A DNA stretch of 64,000 nucleotides from the human T2T-CHM13v2.0 reference genome, Homo sapiens (GCF_009914755.1 NC_060928.1), one strand, 5' to 3'. Numbered from the stretch's first letter, positions 1 to 13,057 are shown. Translations and numbers: made by a program. The notes: a model not told the origin generated them from the sequence alone.

Positions 1-387
1 TGCTAGGAAATGTCACCATGCACCACTGTTTTTTTATGCTCTGTATAATCAAGAAATAATGTCTGTGTCAGTCTCCTTACATTTGACTCCATAGTGATCT
101 CATTTTTTCTCTAAAACATCGAGAATAAAATTAGGACACTTTGGATTTTTTTCCTCCTGTTTTCATTTTACCCAATTTCTTCAACTATTGAAGGTCAGAT
201 TATAAAATAATTTATCATTCTGATGCAGAACTATCAGTTGAGTGAGTTAAATGTATTCTTTTTAATGTGCTTTTTTTAAAATCCATTTCCATCAGAAACT
301 AGAGCTTATTTTTTTTTAAATATATTTCTGTGCTGAGAAACTACTAATATTTTTTATGGCTTATCTACTTAGAAAAACCATAGGTTT

Positions 388-726
<339 letters not shown>

Positions 727-753
727 CTATACACTTAAGAAACAGCAAAATGA

Positions 754-905
754 GGCTGGGTGCTGTGACTCATGCCTGTAATCCTAGCACTTTGGGAGGC
801 CACAGCAGGAGGATCACTTGAGGCCAAGAGTTTCAAGCCCAGCTTGAGCAACAAAGCAAGATGCTATATCTAAAAACAAACAAACAAAAACAAAAAACAA
901 AAACA
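754..905 (+). mobile_element. Alu left monomer (FLAM/AluJ-like)
   Basis: left-arm consensus plus (AAAC)n tail. Confidence 0.85.
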
Positions 906-1091
906 GGAAAATGAGTTGGATACACTTAAGCAGTAGTTGCTTTTGCAGTTTTCAACCAAATTTATTAATGGTGTTTTTACATGAGCTGCAAAAAAAAAAT
1001 GGAATATGGTTTTTGGTCTGTGTTTATTATATAGTGATGATGTACAACTTTTTAACTTGTTGATAATTTTCTAATTTTCCTCTTTGTTCAG

Positions 1092-1249
1092 TGATATTGG
1101 GATTGGTCAGTCTCAAGATGACAGCATAGTAGGATTAAGGCAGACAAAGCACATCCCAACTGCATTGCCTGTCAGTGGAACCTTATCATCCAGTAATCCT
1201 GATTTATTGCAGTCACATCATCGCATTTTAGACTTCAGTGCTACTCCTG
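1092..1249 (+). CDS. RAPGEF2: RAPGEF2 coding exon ([10 protein letters not shown]...DFSATP), upstream of RA domain
   Basis: ttcag acceptor, G|gtgagt donor; 158 nt, phase 2-1; peptide recognised as RAPGEF2. Confidence 0.95.
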
Positions 1250-1894
1250 GTGAGTATCACCAACACTTCTTTTGTTTTCTTATAGTTATCTTTTTATTTC
1301 TAACATAATGGTCATATTATATGTATCTCTCTTCATTTGGCATGGATTATATCAGATGCTGAGTAAGGATGAAACTTAAACTTTAAGATTTTTGAAATCA
1401 GGTGTTGGAACCAGTTCTCTTTACATTCAGCAGAGTATTTTTATATGGCCATAGGCAAATTATCTGTCTGAACTTGTTTCTTCTTTCATAAAATGAAGAT
1501 AACACATCCCATGCCATGATTACTAAATCATATCAAATAGATAGAGTAAGAGGCATATTTTAGGTCTAATTAATGGACTTTTCAATACAGTAAAGATTAA
1601 CTCTGGATTTAAATTTTATTTCTTTGATGCCAGCATGACAGTCTTGAGTGCTACTGTTGTGTACTGATGTGCTTGCAGCTGTCTGTAGTTCAATCTGTTA
1701 TCTTTTAGGGAAAGGTATGTTCTTGCAGCAAAACAGCATGTAGATTGATTCTTTGAGGAAGACCTAGAGTAAGGGAGAGGTAAAAGTTCAGCATTGCTTT
1801 TTCTTAAGGAGCTTTTTTCTGATTACTTTGCTTAATTTCATTGCCATATATTAAAATTCTTTCTACTTATGTGTGTGATTTTTCTTTCCCCCAG

Positions 1895-2135
1895 ACTTGC
1901 CAGATCAAGTGCTAAGGGTTTTTAAGGCTGATCAGCAAAGCCGCTACATCATGATCAGTAAGGACACTACAGCAAAGGAAGTGGTCATTCAGGCTATCAG
2001 GGAGTTTGCTGTTACTGCCACCCCGGATCAATATTCACTATGTGAGGTCTCTGTCACACCTGAGGGAGTAATCAAACAAAGAAGACTTCCAGATCAGCTT
2101 TCCAAACTTGCAGACAGAATACAACTGAGTGGAAG
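1895..2135 (+). CDS. RAPGEF2: RAPGEF2 exon, Ras-association (RA) domain ([18 protein letters not shown]...IQLSGR)
   Basis: tttccccccag acceptor, AG|gtata donor; 241 nt; in phase with neighbours. Confidence 0.97.
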
Positions 2136-3374
2136 GTATATATTATCTACCTTACTGGATTTCTTTGTCCCCTCTTCGAACCCACATCAAAGTCTAAGAG
2201 ATGAGCAATTTTCAAAGTGTTTTTTAAATGAGTAAGTGTCCCTGCGATTAAAAAGTATTGTTGTTGTTTTTTTTTTCCTTTCACCAAGAATTACTGTATG
2301 AAAGCAAATGCACACAGTCGACTACTGACCCTAACAAGGATCTCTTAGGAACTTGTTCAAGGCCACTGTGACCTGAAGGTTGTTACTGACTTCCAAAATG
2401 CGTGCTGTAACTTCTCATGCTTGCCTTGGGGTCCTGGTTTGGAAGGGTAGAGTATGCTTGATGTAAAGTCACGGGGTTAAACCCTGGTGCTGTCTTCCCT
2501 TTGTATATGTACGTTCACAAACACATTTTCTAATCATATTCTAGTGTCATTTGCTCCTGCATACCCAACTTTTCTAGGAGCTTCCTTAGTTTAGGCAGAG
2601 ACATCTGTGACAATGTGGTTGGCCACTTCTGCCTGTTATTGTACATTATGCTATGAAATACACTTCTTAACGCTGAAACCAAACTTTACTTGCTACAGAG
2701 CTTAGTCCTTTGCTGCAGAAGTGCTTATATCACACGTTACTTGCAAGAAAATGTTGTGTCTGATTTTATCATTCTCTTCAATGATATTTTCACTGTTAGG
2801 TATATGTAACTTTATCTTCAAGTCACAATAAGTAAGTGCAAGTTGAAAAAGAAAATAGTTGCTTTGGTTCTCATAGTGGCTGGTTGCTACACTCAAAATT
2901 AAGTAGTTCCATAAATCATATTTTTTCTATTTTTAACTTACGGAGTGTTTCACTGTATTTGACTTTTTCATGTTATAGATTTAAACCAGGATATAATTCA
3001 TTGAAACCTTTGATTTTCTTGCCATCAACTATAACTTTCTTATTCCTCTTCACTTTTGTTTTCAAACACTAGCAAATAGTTTTGTTTTAGTAGCTCTGTT
3101 TTTTCCACTTATCATTTCAATGCACATTGATATATCTGGAACCACGATAGAGTTTTACAGAGCTCCACTGAGCTATAGATTCATGATTCACATTCATTAT
3201 TGAAGAAAATTATAGATGGGTATGTCATGGGCTTCATGAGTAATCAAAATGGAGAATGTTAAATCTGTGAAAGTCAAGGGCGCAAAGTATATATTTTCTG
3301 TTATATGTGTTTGCCTTGGTGAAATACACAAAAAAAATTTTAGTAGGGCCCCTACTATGCTCATTCTGTTTTGT

Positions 3375-3447
3375 CATTTATGGAATTTTCACAGAGAAAG
3401 CATGTGTCTAAAAAACAAAAACAAAACAAAAAATACCACCACCATCA

Positions 3448-3497
<50 letters not shown>

Positions 3498-3562
3498 TTA
3501 TGGAATTTTCACAGAGAAAGCATGTGTGTAAAAAACAAAACAAAAAATACCACCACCATCAC

Positions 3563-3591
<29 letters not shown>
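3375..3591. repeat. 120-bp tandem duplication, each unit ending in (CA)n
   Basis: catttatggaattttcacagagaaagcatgtgt starts at both 3375 and 3495. Confidence 0.95.
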
Positions 3592-3594
<3 letters not shown>

Positions 3595-4340
3595 TGCGTG
3601 CAACAAACATCTTAATGCTATTTTCAACAAATTGCCTAAAAGGAAAAGGGGCTCCAGCCCTGTGTTCCCATTTTGGCACCGGCATTAACTAGTCAACCTT
3701 TAGGAGCCTGTTTCCTATTCTGACAAATAAGTATAATACCTACTATCCACTTACCTGTAGAGTTTTTATGAAAATCCAGATTTTTTAAAGTTAACCTGTT
3801 GGAGGATTGTTCTATTCATAGGATCAAATAGAGGGAAGTAGCTTAGGGTTTCTTAGGTATTTGAATAAATAAGTCAACCTGGATTGTTACAATTTGGGCC
3901 CATCAATAATCACAGATTATTGATAAGAAAATAAGAAAATAAGGAAAATAAGAGTGATGACGTACTTGGGTCTAATCTTTCCTGCTTCCTGCCTTAGGGC
4001 CTAGTCCCTTTTTAAACTAAAAATGTGGATATTTTCTGTTATTTTTAACAAAAAGGGTAAAATACTTCAGAAATCAGGAAAAGAAAGGATAGAAAGTGCA
4101 ACTAGTGCGAGTGAAATTCCATGTGATTTGTTTGTTTCTACCACCTACTTCTGGATAGACAGTTCTATGACCAGGTAACTGAGATAGCAGCTGTGCTGTC
4201 TGTCTTGGTTAAAAAGAAATCTTCCATAATTCAAATCAGTGCTCTCTCAAACTTTCCATAAAAAGTAGCATTATTCTTTCAAGGAATATCATGAGATTGC
4301 TGCTTAGGCTTTGACTCTGATATGTTTCTGTTTTTCATAG

Positions 4341-4724
4341 GTATTATCTGAAAAACAACATGGAAACAGAAACTCTTTGTTCAGATGAAGATGCTCAGGA
4401 GTTGTTGAGAGAGAGTCAAATTTCCCTCCTTCAGCTCAGCACTGTGGAAGTTGCAACACAGCTCTCTATGCGAAATTTTGAACTCTTTCGCAACATTGAA
4501 CCTACTGAATATATAGATGATTTATTTAAACTCAGATCAAAAACCAGCTGTGCCAACCTGAAGAGATTTGAAGAAGTCATTAACCAGGAAACATTTTGGG
4601 TAGCATCTGAAATTCTCAGAGAAACAAACCAGCTGAAGAGGATGAAGATCATTAAGCATTTCATCAAGATAGCACTGCACTGTAGGGAATGCAAGAATTT
4701 TAACTCAATGTTTGCAATCATCAG
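4341..4724 (+). CDS. RAPGEF2: RAPGEF2 exon, end of RA and start of CDC25 RasGEF domain ([10 protein letters not shown]...NFNSMFAII)
   Basis: tttttcatag acceptor, AG|gtaaga donor; 384 nt; RasGEF motifs [20 protein letters not shown]. Confidence 0.98.
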
Positions 4725-4895
4725 GTAAGAGAGCACATTTTTTCTTAAGATTCAGTTCAGTTCACAGATTTAAAATATGTATCAGTCCAGGAACATCATA
4801 TAATTAGTATAAATGCTATAGGTTTTAATTGACTCATAAGAGACAATTCTTTTTCTCTGAATCCTAACCTTAATCCTTAATTTAAAATCTCTCGT

Positions 4896-4976
4896 ATCAA
4901 AAAAACAGCTGTGCCAACCTGAAGAGATTTGAAGAAGCCATTAAGCAGGAAACATTTTGGTAGCATCTGAAGTTCT
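4896..4976 (+). repeat. Intronic copy of coding sequence 4536-4616
   Basis: aligned by eye; offset 360 at both ends, about 6 differences. Confidence 0.95.
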
Positions 4977-5303
4977 GATTTGGAGCTCAGAAAATCTATA
5001 TCCCCCACTTTTTTTTTAAGTTTGTTTCAACTTTTCTCAATATCAGTTTATTTTTCTGTGGAAATAACAATACCGCAAAGAGTTATCAACAAGATTAATG
5101 ATGTAATGTGTGTGGAGTTCCATCAAATAGCACAAAGCAGATGGCCGGGAAATGTTAATTTTCTTCCCTTTTTTTAAGAGCTTAGATTGAGGTTAGAAGA
5201 AAAAAAAATGGCAACAATTAGTTATATTGATGTTGAGGGTGATTATTAAATTAGTCATTTTCTCTGTCTGGGAGTTTAGTCATACTCTCATTACTATCAT
5301 AGC

Positions 5304-5406
5304 TTTTATTTTATTTTATTTTATTTTATTTTATATTATTTTATTTTATTTTATTTTATTTTATTTTATTTTATTTTATTTTATTTTATTTTATTTTATT
5401 TTATTA
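5304..5406. repeat. (ATTTT)n pentanucleotide repeat
   Basis: direct reading. Confidence 0.95.
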
Positions 5407-5765
5407 CTAGAGGATATTTGCTCAGTCGGTTTTATCAAATGGCCGCTATGGGCTAAGCACTGCTATGTGTACATACTGCTGTGTATGGAAACAAAGCATC
5501 AATACTTACATTCAGGTGGTTTTACTGATAGTAAACAGATGAGGTAGGTCTATACGGAAGAGAAGAGTAAAACGCCTTGGCTTGACCCTGACCCTACTTC
5601 CCTGTGCCATCTCATTCCCCAGAATTATCATGAACAGTTTCTTATGCAGCCTTCTGTAAAATGTTATGCATATAAAGCATAAACATAGAGATGTTATATG
5701 TCAATAAATAATCTGTACACTATTTTACTTTAGTTGTTATACCATGTTTCTTTTTCTCCTCTCAG

Positions 5766-5977
5766 TGGCCTAAACCTGGCACCAGTGGCAAGACTGCGAA
5801 CGACCTGGGAGAAACTTCCCAATAAATACGAAAAACTATTTCAAGATCTCCAAGACCTGTTTGATCCTTCCAGAAACATGGCAAAATATCGTAATGTTCT
5901 CAATAGTCAAAATCTACAACCTCCCATAATCCCTCTATTCCCAGTTATCAAAAAGGATCTCACCTTCCTTCACGAAG
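5766..5977 (+). CDS. RAPGEF2: RAPGEF2 exon, RasGEF domain ([18 protein letters not shown]...DLTFLHEG)
   Basis: ctctcag acceptor, G|gtaaac donor; 212 nt; RLxxTW and IPxxxxxxxDLTFxxEG motifs. Confidence 0.98.
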
Positions 5978-6067
5978 GTAAACATAAGGCAGAGGGTTTC
6001 CATCTTTGCTTGAAGAAGCACAGAATAAATGCCATGTGATTTCCTTTTCCTCCTCTGTCAATTTCAG

Positions 6068-6191
6068 GAAATGACTCAAAAGTAGACGGGCTGGTCAATT
6101 TTGAGAAGCTAAGGATGATTGCAAAAGAAATTCGTCACGTTGGCCGAATGGCTTCAGTGAACATGGACCCTGCCCTCATGTTCAGGACTCG
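6068..6191 (+). CDS. RAPGEF2: RAPGEF2 exon, RasGEF domain ([21 protein letters not shown]...MFRTR)
   Basis: tttcag acceptor, CG|gtgagt donor; 124 nt; not in the ORF track, translated by hand; LVNFEK motif. Confidence 0.96.
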
Positions 6192-6822
6192 GTGAGTATG
6201 TCATCTTCAGTGGCACGTGTGAGAGTAGAGAAGGTTAAATTTAGAGCTTCCCAATAAATGATTTTTTTAAAGTTTGAGTATTTATATTTGTAGTACGGCA
6301 GAAATTATAGTAGGATGTGCTGAGAATCACCTGTGAGCTCTAATTTGGAATAAATGTCTTATTCTGTATAAAGTGTTCTTTCGGCTGTCAGTAAAAACAG
6401 TTTGTCTTTCAGACATTTTCAATGTAATAGACACAATTATGTGTTTCTTATTTCTCAGAACACTGACTTGTAGAGCTAAAACTCATAGCTAGTAGTATGC
6501 ACTAAAATATGTAAATACCCCAAATAGTCTTGTCTCAATATCCACACAACAAATTTAGCTAGCAGTGTAGTAAAAAGTGATTAATTCAGTGAAAGAGAGA
6601 AAAGTCAGTCTTAATTCTAGAACAAAAAATTTAAATGTATGTGTCTTTTAAGCCAGAAAAATATTTCTAGTAAAGTTGCGTGTGTGAGGTGATTATGCAG
6701 TTTAATGTTTGTGGGCTTCTAGAACTGCTTATCCAGAAGTCTAGTCCTTTCTTTCTGAGCTTGTGATCTTTCTGTCTCTCTTTCTACACCCATGCTTCAA
6801 TCTCCATGGCTCTCACTTACAG

Positions 6823-6846
6823 GAAGAAGAAATGGCGGAGTTTGGG
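6823..6846 (+). CDS. RAPGEF2: RAPGEF2 24-nt microexon (R)KKKWRSLG
   Basis: cttacag acceptor, GG|gtaagt donor; symmetric phase 2-2; completes the recalled ...FRTRKKKWRSLGSLSQG... Confidence 0.93.
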
Positions 6847-7892
6847 GTAAGTGGTGGAGACCTTGCATACCCACACACAGTTCTTATTCTGCTCATTGCA
6901 TTGTTTTCTTACCTGCTGTATTTTCTGATGCTTTGCATTTTTGCATTTTTTTCCTTAACCCTCGTGCTGTAGCAGAATTTCAGATGGCAAATTGACTTCA
7001 AGTTTAATCTGTTGGGGCTTTTGCTTTTGAAGTCATGATCCATGAGAGCTGTGAAATGATTGATGATTGTTCTGGGGAACTACAGGCCAGTTTTTCTGAG
7101 CTCTTAGAAAAATTTTATTTTCATATAATTGGTGTGTCTCGAAATGCAGAAAGCTCAAAGTAGGGGGAGGGGAGGAAGGATATTAGAAGGGAAAAGTTGT
7201 GCAATTAAAATATTTCACAGATATGTGAGAAATAAATATATTTAATATAAAATAGGTGCCCCCAGGTGTTAAACCCAAATTTTTTACAGCTCAACTAACT
7301 ACTATTTTCATTCTGTATAAACCAATCCTTTTTAAAAATAATTCTTAACAATTCATGTGCTCAATGGTTTCCATACATATATGTTTACATTTGCATGATT
7401 GTTTTATTAACAGATTGACCGTATTACTTTAAAAACTCACCACATTCAACTCAAGGCATAAGAAGACAATTTTGAACATTGTAGCTAATTTTATTTAAAT
7501 TTATGTATAATATCCTCTTTAGGAGAAGTAATTTTAATGTTGCAAATCTTAATGATTATAGCTGTGTATTCTTGCATGAGCTTTTACATGTAATTATTGT
7601 TTTCTGGCACCTGTGAGAGAACTGCCTTAAATGCTCTATAGAGTGAAAAGTAGAATTTCCTAGTTGGAACTGAACAGGTGCCAAACATAAATTTTTATAT
7701 GTATATTATGTGTAATTTTCTTTAAATTTTTAAAATCTGTATTATTCTATATTCCTGTGTAACAGTTTACTCACTGGAATGAGGCATGTGACCTTTTGAA
7801 CATAGACTATTAATATCAGTCTTGGCACATTTTAAATAGATAAAGTACTCCCATGCTAGAGTGAGCTGCATATGTACCTTTTCATCTTCCAG

Positions 7893-8116
7893 GTCTCTCA
7901 GCCAGGGTAGTACAAATGCAACAGTGCTAGATGTTGCTCAGACAGGTGGTCATAAAAAGCGGGTACGTCGTAGTTCCTTTCTCAATGCCAAAAAGCTTTA
8001 TGAAGATGCCCAAATGGCTCGAAAAGTGAAGCAGTACCTTTCCAATTTGGAGCTAGAAATGGACGAGGAGAGTCTTCAGACATTATCTCTGCAGTGTGAG
8101 CCAGCAACCAACACAT
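7893..8116 (+). CDS. RAPGEF2: RAPGEF2 exon (SLSQGSTNA...[10 protein letters not shown]), end of GEF domain
   Basis: cttccag acceptor, T|gtgagt donor; 224 nt; SxxxEP GEF C-terminal motif. Confidence 0.96.
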
Positions 8117-8814
8117 GTGAGTTTTTCCTTAAAGTGGCTGCAGACTTTGGCTAGGATGCAGATTTGTTTCCTGTGCAGTGGTATGGGCAGTGACAAAATA
8201 AGGCTTAGTGCAGAGGGGGAGCTAGCAATCCTGAGATATACTAGTCTTTTCCTTGAATGCTAATATTTAATACTGGGTAGCACTGTGCACGGCCAGGCCG
8301 TCATGTCAACTGGGTTAGTATGTGGAAGATGACACTGTCCACATCTAAGGCAACCCATTACTTTAGTTTCACCTGGACACAACCAGTACACATGCAACAG
8401 ACGCATATATAGATATGGCTCCCATTTACATGTCTTACGTTCTCACAAAGCTACCCCCAAAGTATGGGCAACCTGAGGGGAGTCAGGGCATAAAATTGGG
8501 TGTGCTGGCTGCCTTTTAACCACTAGCCCAGACAACACCGAACAACAAATTCAGCTACCAGTTAGTTAGAGCAATGATTCTGCTCCACAGTGAACCACAA
8601 TAGCCTTTAAAAATCTGGTTAATCTATAAATGGGGCAGTTTTTTTTTTTTTCTAAATCTGCATCTTGACTTAAAAGACAAAGGCATTTTCCATTCAGTAC
8701 ACACCTGTGTCTTTTATGGGCAGGTTTGAAGATGTCTTCTGTAGGATTTAATTTAGATAGGTGATTTGAGAAGATTTGGATTATTAGATTTACCCAGGAT
8801 GCTGTAGAAGCACT

Positions 8815-8990
8815 GTGTCATGGTGAAGAGCTTGTCCTCTGGAGTCAGAGTGGTCTGAGTTCAAATCCTGTTTGTCTCCTCTTACTAGCTGCAGCCTTAG
8901 GCAACTTACTTGACCTCCCTAATCCTTAGTTTCCAGGCGTGTAAAAGGGAGGAAGCATACATATGTCACTGAGTTTTTAATATTAAAATG
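8815..8990 (+). mobile_element. MIR SINE
   Basis: ctctggagtcaga...gagttcaaatcct...ttactagctg...ggcaacttactt core. Confidence 0.75.
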
Positions 8991-9575
8991 CTACATATAC
9001 AACATTTTATTGTCCTAAATTGCTTTGCCATTTATCTACCACAAAATATATACTCAGTATGATACTGAAGCATTATTGGCTACTGTTTGCTTGCATAGAT
9101 AATTCTACCTCCTAGGAATATGGTAGTAAATAGATTGCAGTTGACAGCATTTATTAAATAAAAACTTAGCACATACATGTCAAACAATTTGGGACACCGT
9201 TTTAGAAAAATAGTGCCTGATGACTTTTCTGTTGTAGCTTTTATCACGTATTTGTTTCTTTCATATACATGGATATAACATATTGAACTACCCACATTTT
9301 TCTATATTTTTAATGGGGTGTTTAATAGTACAATCATCTTTTGAGATTGCTGACTTCATAAAGTAGATACCTTTGTCCTGCCACATATCTAATATTTTCT
9401 GTAACTAGGGTCCCCCATCCATTTTCTGTGCTTCATAAAGGCAACAGGAAGAAAGGTGTGCATTAATTTAGTATTCTAACTGCAGAAAATGCTCACACAG
9501 TTCTAGAATTATCTTCTACATACCTACTAGCATCTAAAATTCTTTGTTCTATTTTCAAACCCAAACAATTATCAG

Positions 9576-9785
9576 TGCCTAAGAATCCTGGTGACAAAAA
9601 GCCTGTCAAATCCGAGACCTCTCCAGTAGCTCCAAGGGCAGGGTCACAACAGAAAGCTCAGTCCCTGCCACAGCCCCAGCAGCAGCCACCACCAGCACAT
9701 AAAATCAACCAGGGACTACAGGTTCCCGCCGTGTCCCTTTATCCTTCACGGAAGAAAGTGCCCGTAAAGGATCTCCCACCTTTTG
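9576..9785 (+). CDS. RAPGEF2: RAPGEF2 exon (LPKNPGDKK...KDLPPFG), Pro/Gln-rich
   Basis: atcag acceptor, G|gtaagt donor; 210 nt, phase 1-1. Confidence 0.95.
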
Positions 9786-10289
9786 GTAAGTGATTACATT
9801 CATTTCTTTTTTTGGTGCCATTCACTGTCATGGTTTGCAAATTAGGAAAAAAATATTTGTCTTGGATAACTTTGTCTAATATATTTGAGTTTCTCTGTAA
9901 TTATTAGCTCCTAATAAAACATGAACACTCAGCAAGTTAAACCTGACTTTGCCAATGGAAGGGGTTGTTTTTATAAGTAATATCTCGTTTAGTCATGCTA
10001 ATTTGCTACGACAGGGTGTTAATAGAGAAGTTATGTGTCTATTAATTTAATTTTTGCTAAGCGCAGAAGATGCTTTGTTCATTTACATTATTTAAACTGG
10101 TTTTGCTTTACAACCAACAAACTGCTGGGATTTAAGCAGAATATTTTTAAGTTAAATGAATTGTCTGAAGGTAAATTCTTATTTGTTGACTCACTGATTC
10201 TATAACTTAGAGGGAAAAATAAAACAACTAACTCCTGAATATGAAGGAGCTAAATTACACTTCGTCTTTCCTACTAAAAGAAAAACATC

Positions 10290-10590
10290 AGCCAGGCACG
10301 GTGGCTCACGCCTGTAATCCCAGCACTTTGGGAGGCTGAGGCGGGCAGATCACGAGGTCAGGAGATCCAGACCATCCTGGCTAACACGGTGAAACCCTGT
10401 CTCTACTAAAAATAGAAAAAATTAGCCGGGCGTGGTGGCGGGCGCCTGTAGTCCCAGCTACTCGGGAGGCCGAGGCAGGAGAATGGCGTGAACCCGGGAG
10501 GGGGAGCTTGCAGTGAGCCTAGATCGCACCGCTGCACTCCTCCAGCCTGGGCGAAAGAGCGAGACTGTCTCAAAAAGAAAAAGAAGAACA
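10290..10590 (+). mobile_element. AluY
   Basis: AluY-type accatcctggctaacacggtg and gaatggcgtgaacccggg. Confidence 0.93.
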
Positions 10591-10725
10591 TCTAGTAGTT
10601 TAGCCCCTTTGTGGAAGTGGTACAACACAATAATTTTTCATAAAATGTACACCTTCTTTTTTTTCTACGTATATGTGAATGAAACAGTTAATAAAAAACA
10701 AATTATTAAAAATAAAGGGATAGTA

Positions 10726-11090
10726 GGCTGGGTGCAGTGTCTCATGCCTGTAATCCCAGCACTTCAGGAGGCTGAGACAGGTGAATCACTCGAGGCCAGG
10801 AGTTGGAGACCAGCTTGCCCAACATGGGGAAACCCCATCTTTACGAAAAATACAAAACTTAGCCTGGCGTGATGGCGCATGCCTGCAGTCCTAGCTACCT
10901 GGGAAGCTGAGGCACAAGAATCGCTTCAACCTGGGGGGTGGAAATTGTAATAAGCCGGGATTGCATCACTGCACTCCAGCCTGGGCGACAGAGCAAGACT
11001 CTGTCGATAGATAGATAGATAGATAGATAGATGGATGGATGGATGGATGGATGGATGGATAGATAGATAAAGATATAGAGAGATAGATAG
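10726..11090 (+). mobile_element. Alu (S-like) whose tail is a compound (AGAT)n(GGAT)n STR (11006-11090)
   Basis: Alu dimer followed by a tetranucleotide array. Confidence 0.9.
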
Positions 11091-12904
11091 CAAAGAGTTT
11101 ACTTAGATAAAATTGGGTGTTGATAACTAAGTCCCTGCACAGTTACAGCCCATCTGTATGGCTTGGGTGAGAGTCATTTCGTAGACCCCTCACGTACTCT
11201 GTATCCTCACCTCATTCCATCTGATCAGCAAGTGTCCTCTTTATTGATATGGGGAGAGAATAAGAAAAGAACACCTTTCCTAGGTACATTTCTCCTTTCA
11301 AATATTTGTGTTGATCCTCTCATCACAAACACATTGAATTATGTGTTTCTTTATATATTACGTTTTGAATATGCATGCATTCCTGAATCCCCTGCAGTCT
11401 GTATCGTCTTTATGCAGAACTTCTCATATGGAAGATTATCAGTCTTCACTTTAGCTAAAAATGCCTATTAGCCATATTTAATATAATGTAGATGTCTCTG
11501 AGTATAAAGCTCTATCCCCCATGTTTCTGAAGCCATAGCTCTCAAAATGTCTTTAGTTCCATTTATGAACTTTAGAAATGTGGATGAAATATTATATGTT
11601 GTCTTATATTTATTTAGTTTAACATACACATTTAAAGTCACAGTATATAAAATACTAATTTAGAGACACTACAGGTGTTCCCCCCACTCCAGTCCATAAA
11701 ATAGTTTTGTTCTATATACTTTCTACATCTTTAACATTGGTGTCTTTGTCATCACTAGCACCACTTTTGAAGTATCTCACACAGCTTTCTCAGGCATAAT
11801 ATCTTCACATCCATCCAACATGGTTTGAAAGGTAGTACTTTTTAAATCTGTGTACGATGCTGGCCTTGGAAATTTTTTCCAGATCAAAACTACCCATTCA
11901 ATTAGCTTTATTTCCTGTGTATATGATTTCTACATGTAATCAAACTATTGCTTTAAAAGGTTTTTTTAAAAAAGATTGTATTAAAACAATATCAGACTGC
12001 TTACATGAAGTGAAATGAAGGATTAAATCTTTGTTAAATTTTACTAACACTAATTTGAGGTAGTTTCAGGCTGTAGTGCCTTCCCAAATATCTCTTTGTT
12101 GTTCAAAATAAAATTGAGAGTGCCTCATAATAATATGAGAGGCTTTGTAAAATATTTCAGTGTAACTTCCTCATTTATGAAAAATAATTTTGAGGAGGGA
12201 AATCATCTTACATTGACATGTAGAATAATTTTTCCTCCACTCTCATCCTGTTGGATCCTGCACGTGGTGCACTTCCTTCTTCTGAAACCTTCCTCCAAGG
12301 TTTTGTGACACAGCACTTTCATGGTCTCTTCCGCCCTTCTCTTTCATCTGTTTACTTGATCAAGTATTAACTGCATGGAATTCCTTAGAGCGCTTTCATT
12401 CACTTTCCTAGTTAGCTCCTCTTAGCTCTTGACTCTGTACTCTTCTCCCTTTATTCTCACTTCCCTTGAGCTACCCCTTTCCAAGGATACAAAACAGTTT
12501 CCAACTCAAATTTGGTTTCTAATAATAAACATGTCTAGCTGTGCCACTTCCATCCTAAATTCAGTGTTTCCAAATTGTCCATTTTTTCTTCATTGTTGCC
12601 TAACATATTGTTGAATAAAGATGGTGACTACTTCAAAGTTTAGAATCTAACGTAAAATATCAAAAGCAATATATTTCTGGTACTGTGGCAGATATCAGTC
12701 TGAAACCAAACTACGGGTATCTCATGACTTCTGTAGGCACTTACTGTGTGGACCTTGAAGAGTACAAAGAACATTTAGATTGTAAATAGGTTGAACCTCA
12801 GTGTAATGATATTAAATCTTAACACAAAAAAGTTTTTTATTCATAAATGGTGTTTATTTTCAGACTTGAAAATACATATTTAAGGTTTTTTTTTTCCATT
12901 ATAG

Positions 12905-13057
12905 GCATAAACTCTCCACAAGCTTTAAAAAAAATTCTTTCTTTGTCTGAAGAAGGAAGTTTGGAACGTCACAAGAAACAGGCTGAAGATACAATATCAA
13001 ATGCATCTTCGCAGCTTTCTTCTCCTCCTACTTCTCCACAGAGTTCTCCAAGGAAAG
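12905..13057 (+). CDS. RAPGEF2: RAPGEF2 exon (INSPQALKK...SPQSSPRKG)
   Basis: poly-T tract then atag acceptor, G|gtagaa donor; 153 nt, phase 1-1. Confidence 0.95.

Noticed and set aside
3249-3692. 147-aa and 105-aa His/Thr-repeat ORFs
   Set aside because: Produced by the duplicated (CA)n tracts; no splice or coding support.
4431-4736. Antisense and alternative-frame ORFs over RAPGEF2 exons (also 16300-16680 and 18685-19047)
   Set aside because: Expected shadows of real coding exons, with no independent signals.
8208-8225. CTCF-like motif TGCAGAGGGGGAGCTA
   Set aside because: It lacks the conserved 5' CC and is too weak to call without ChIP data.
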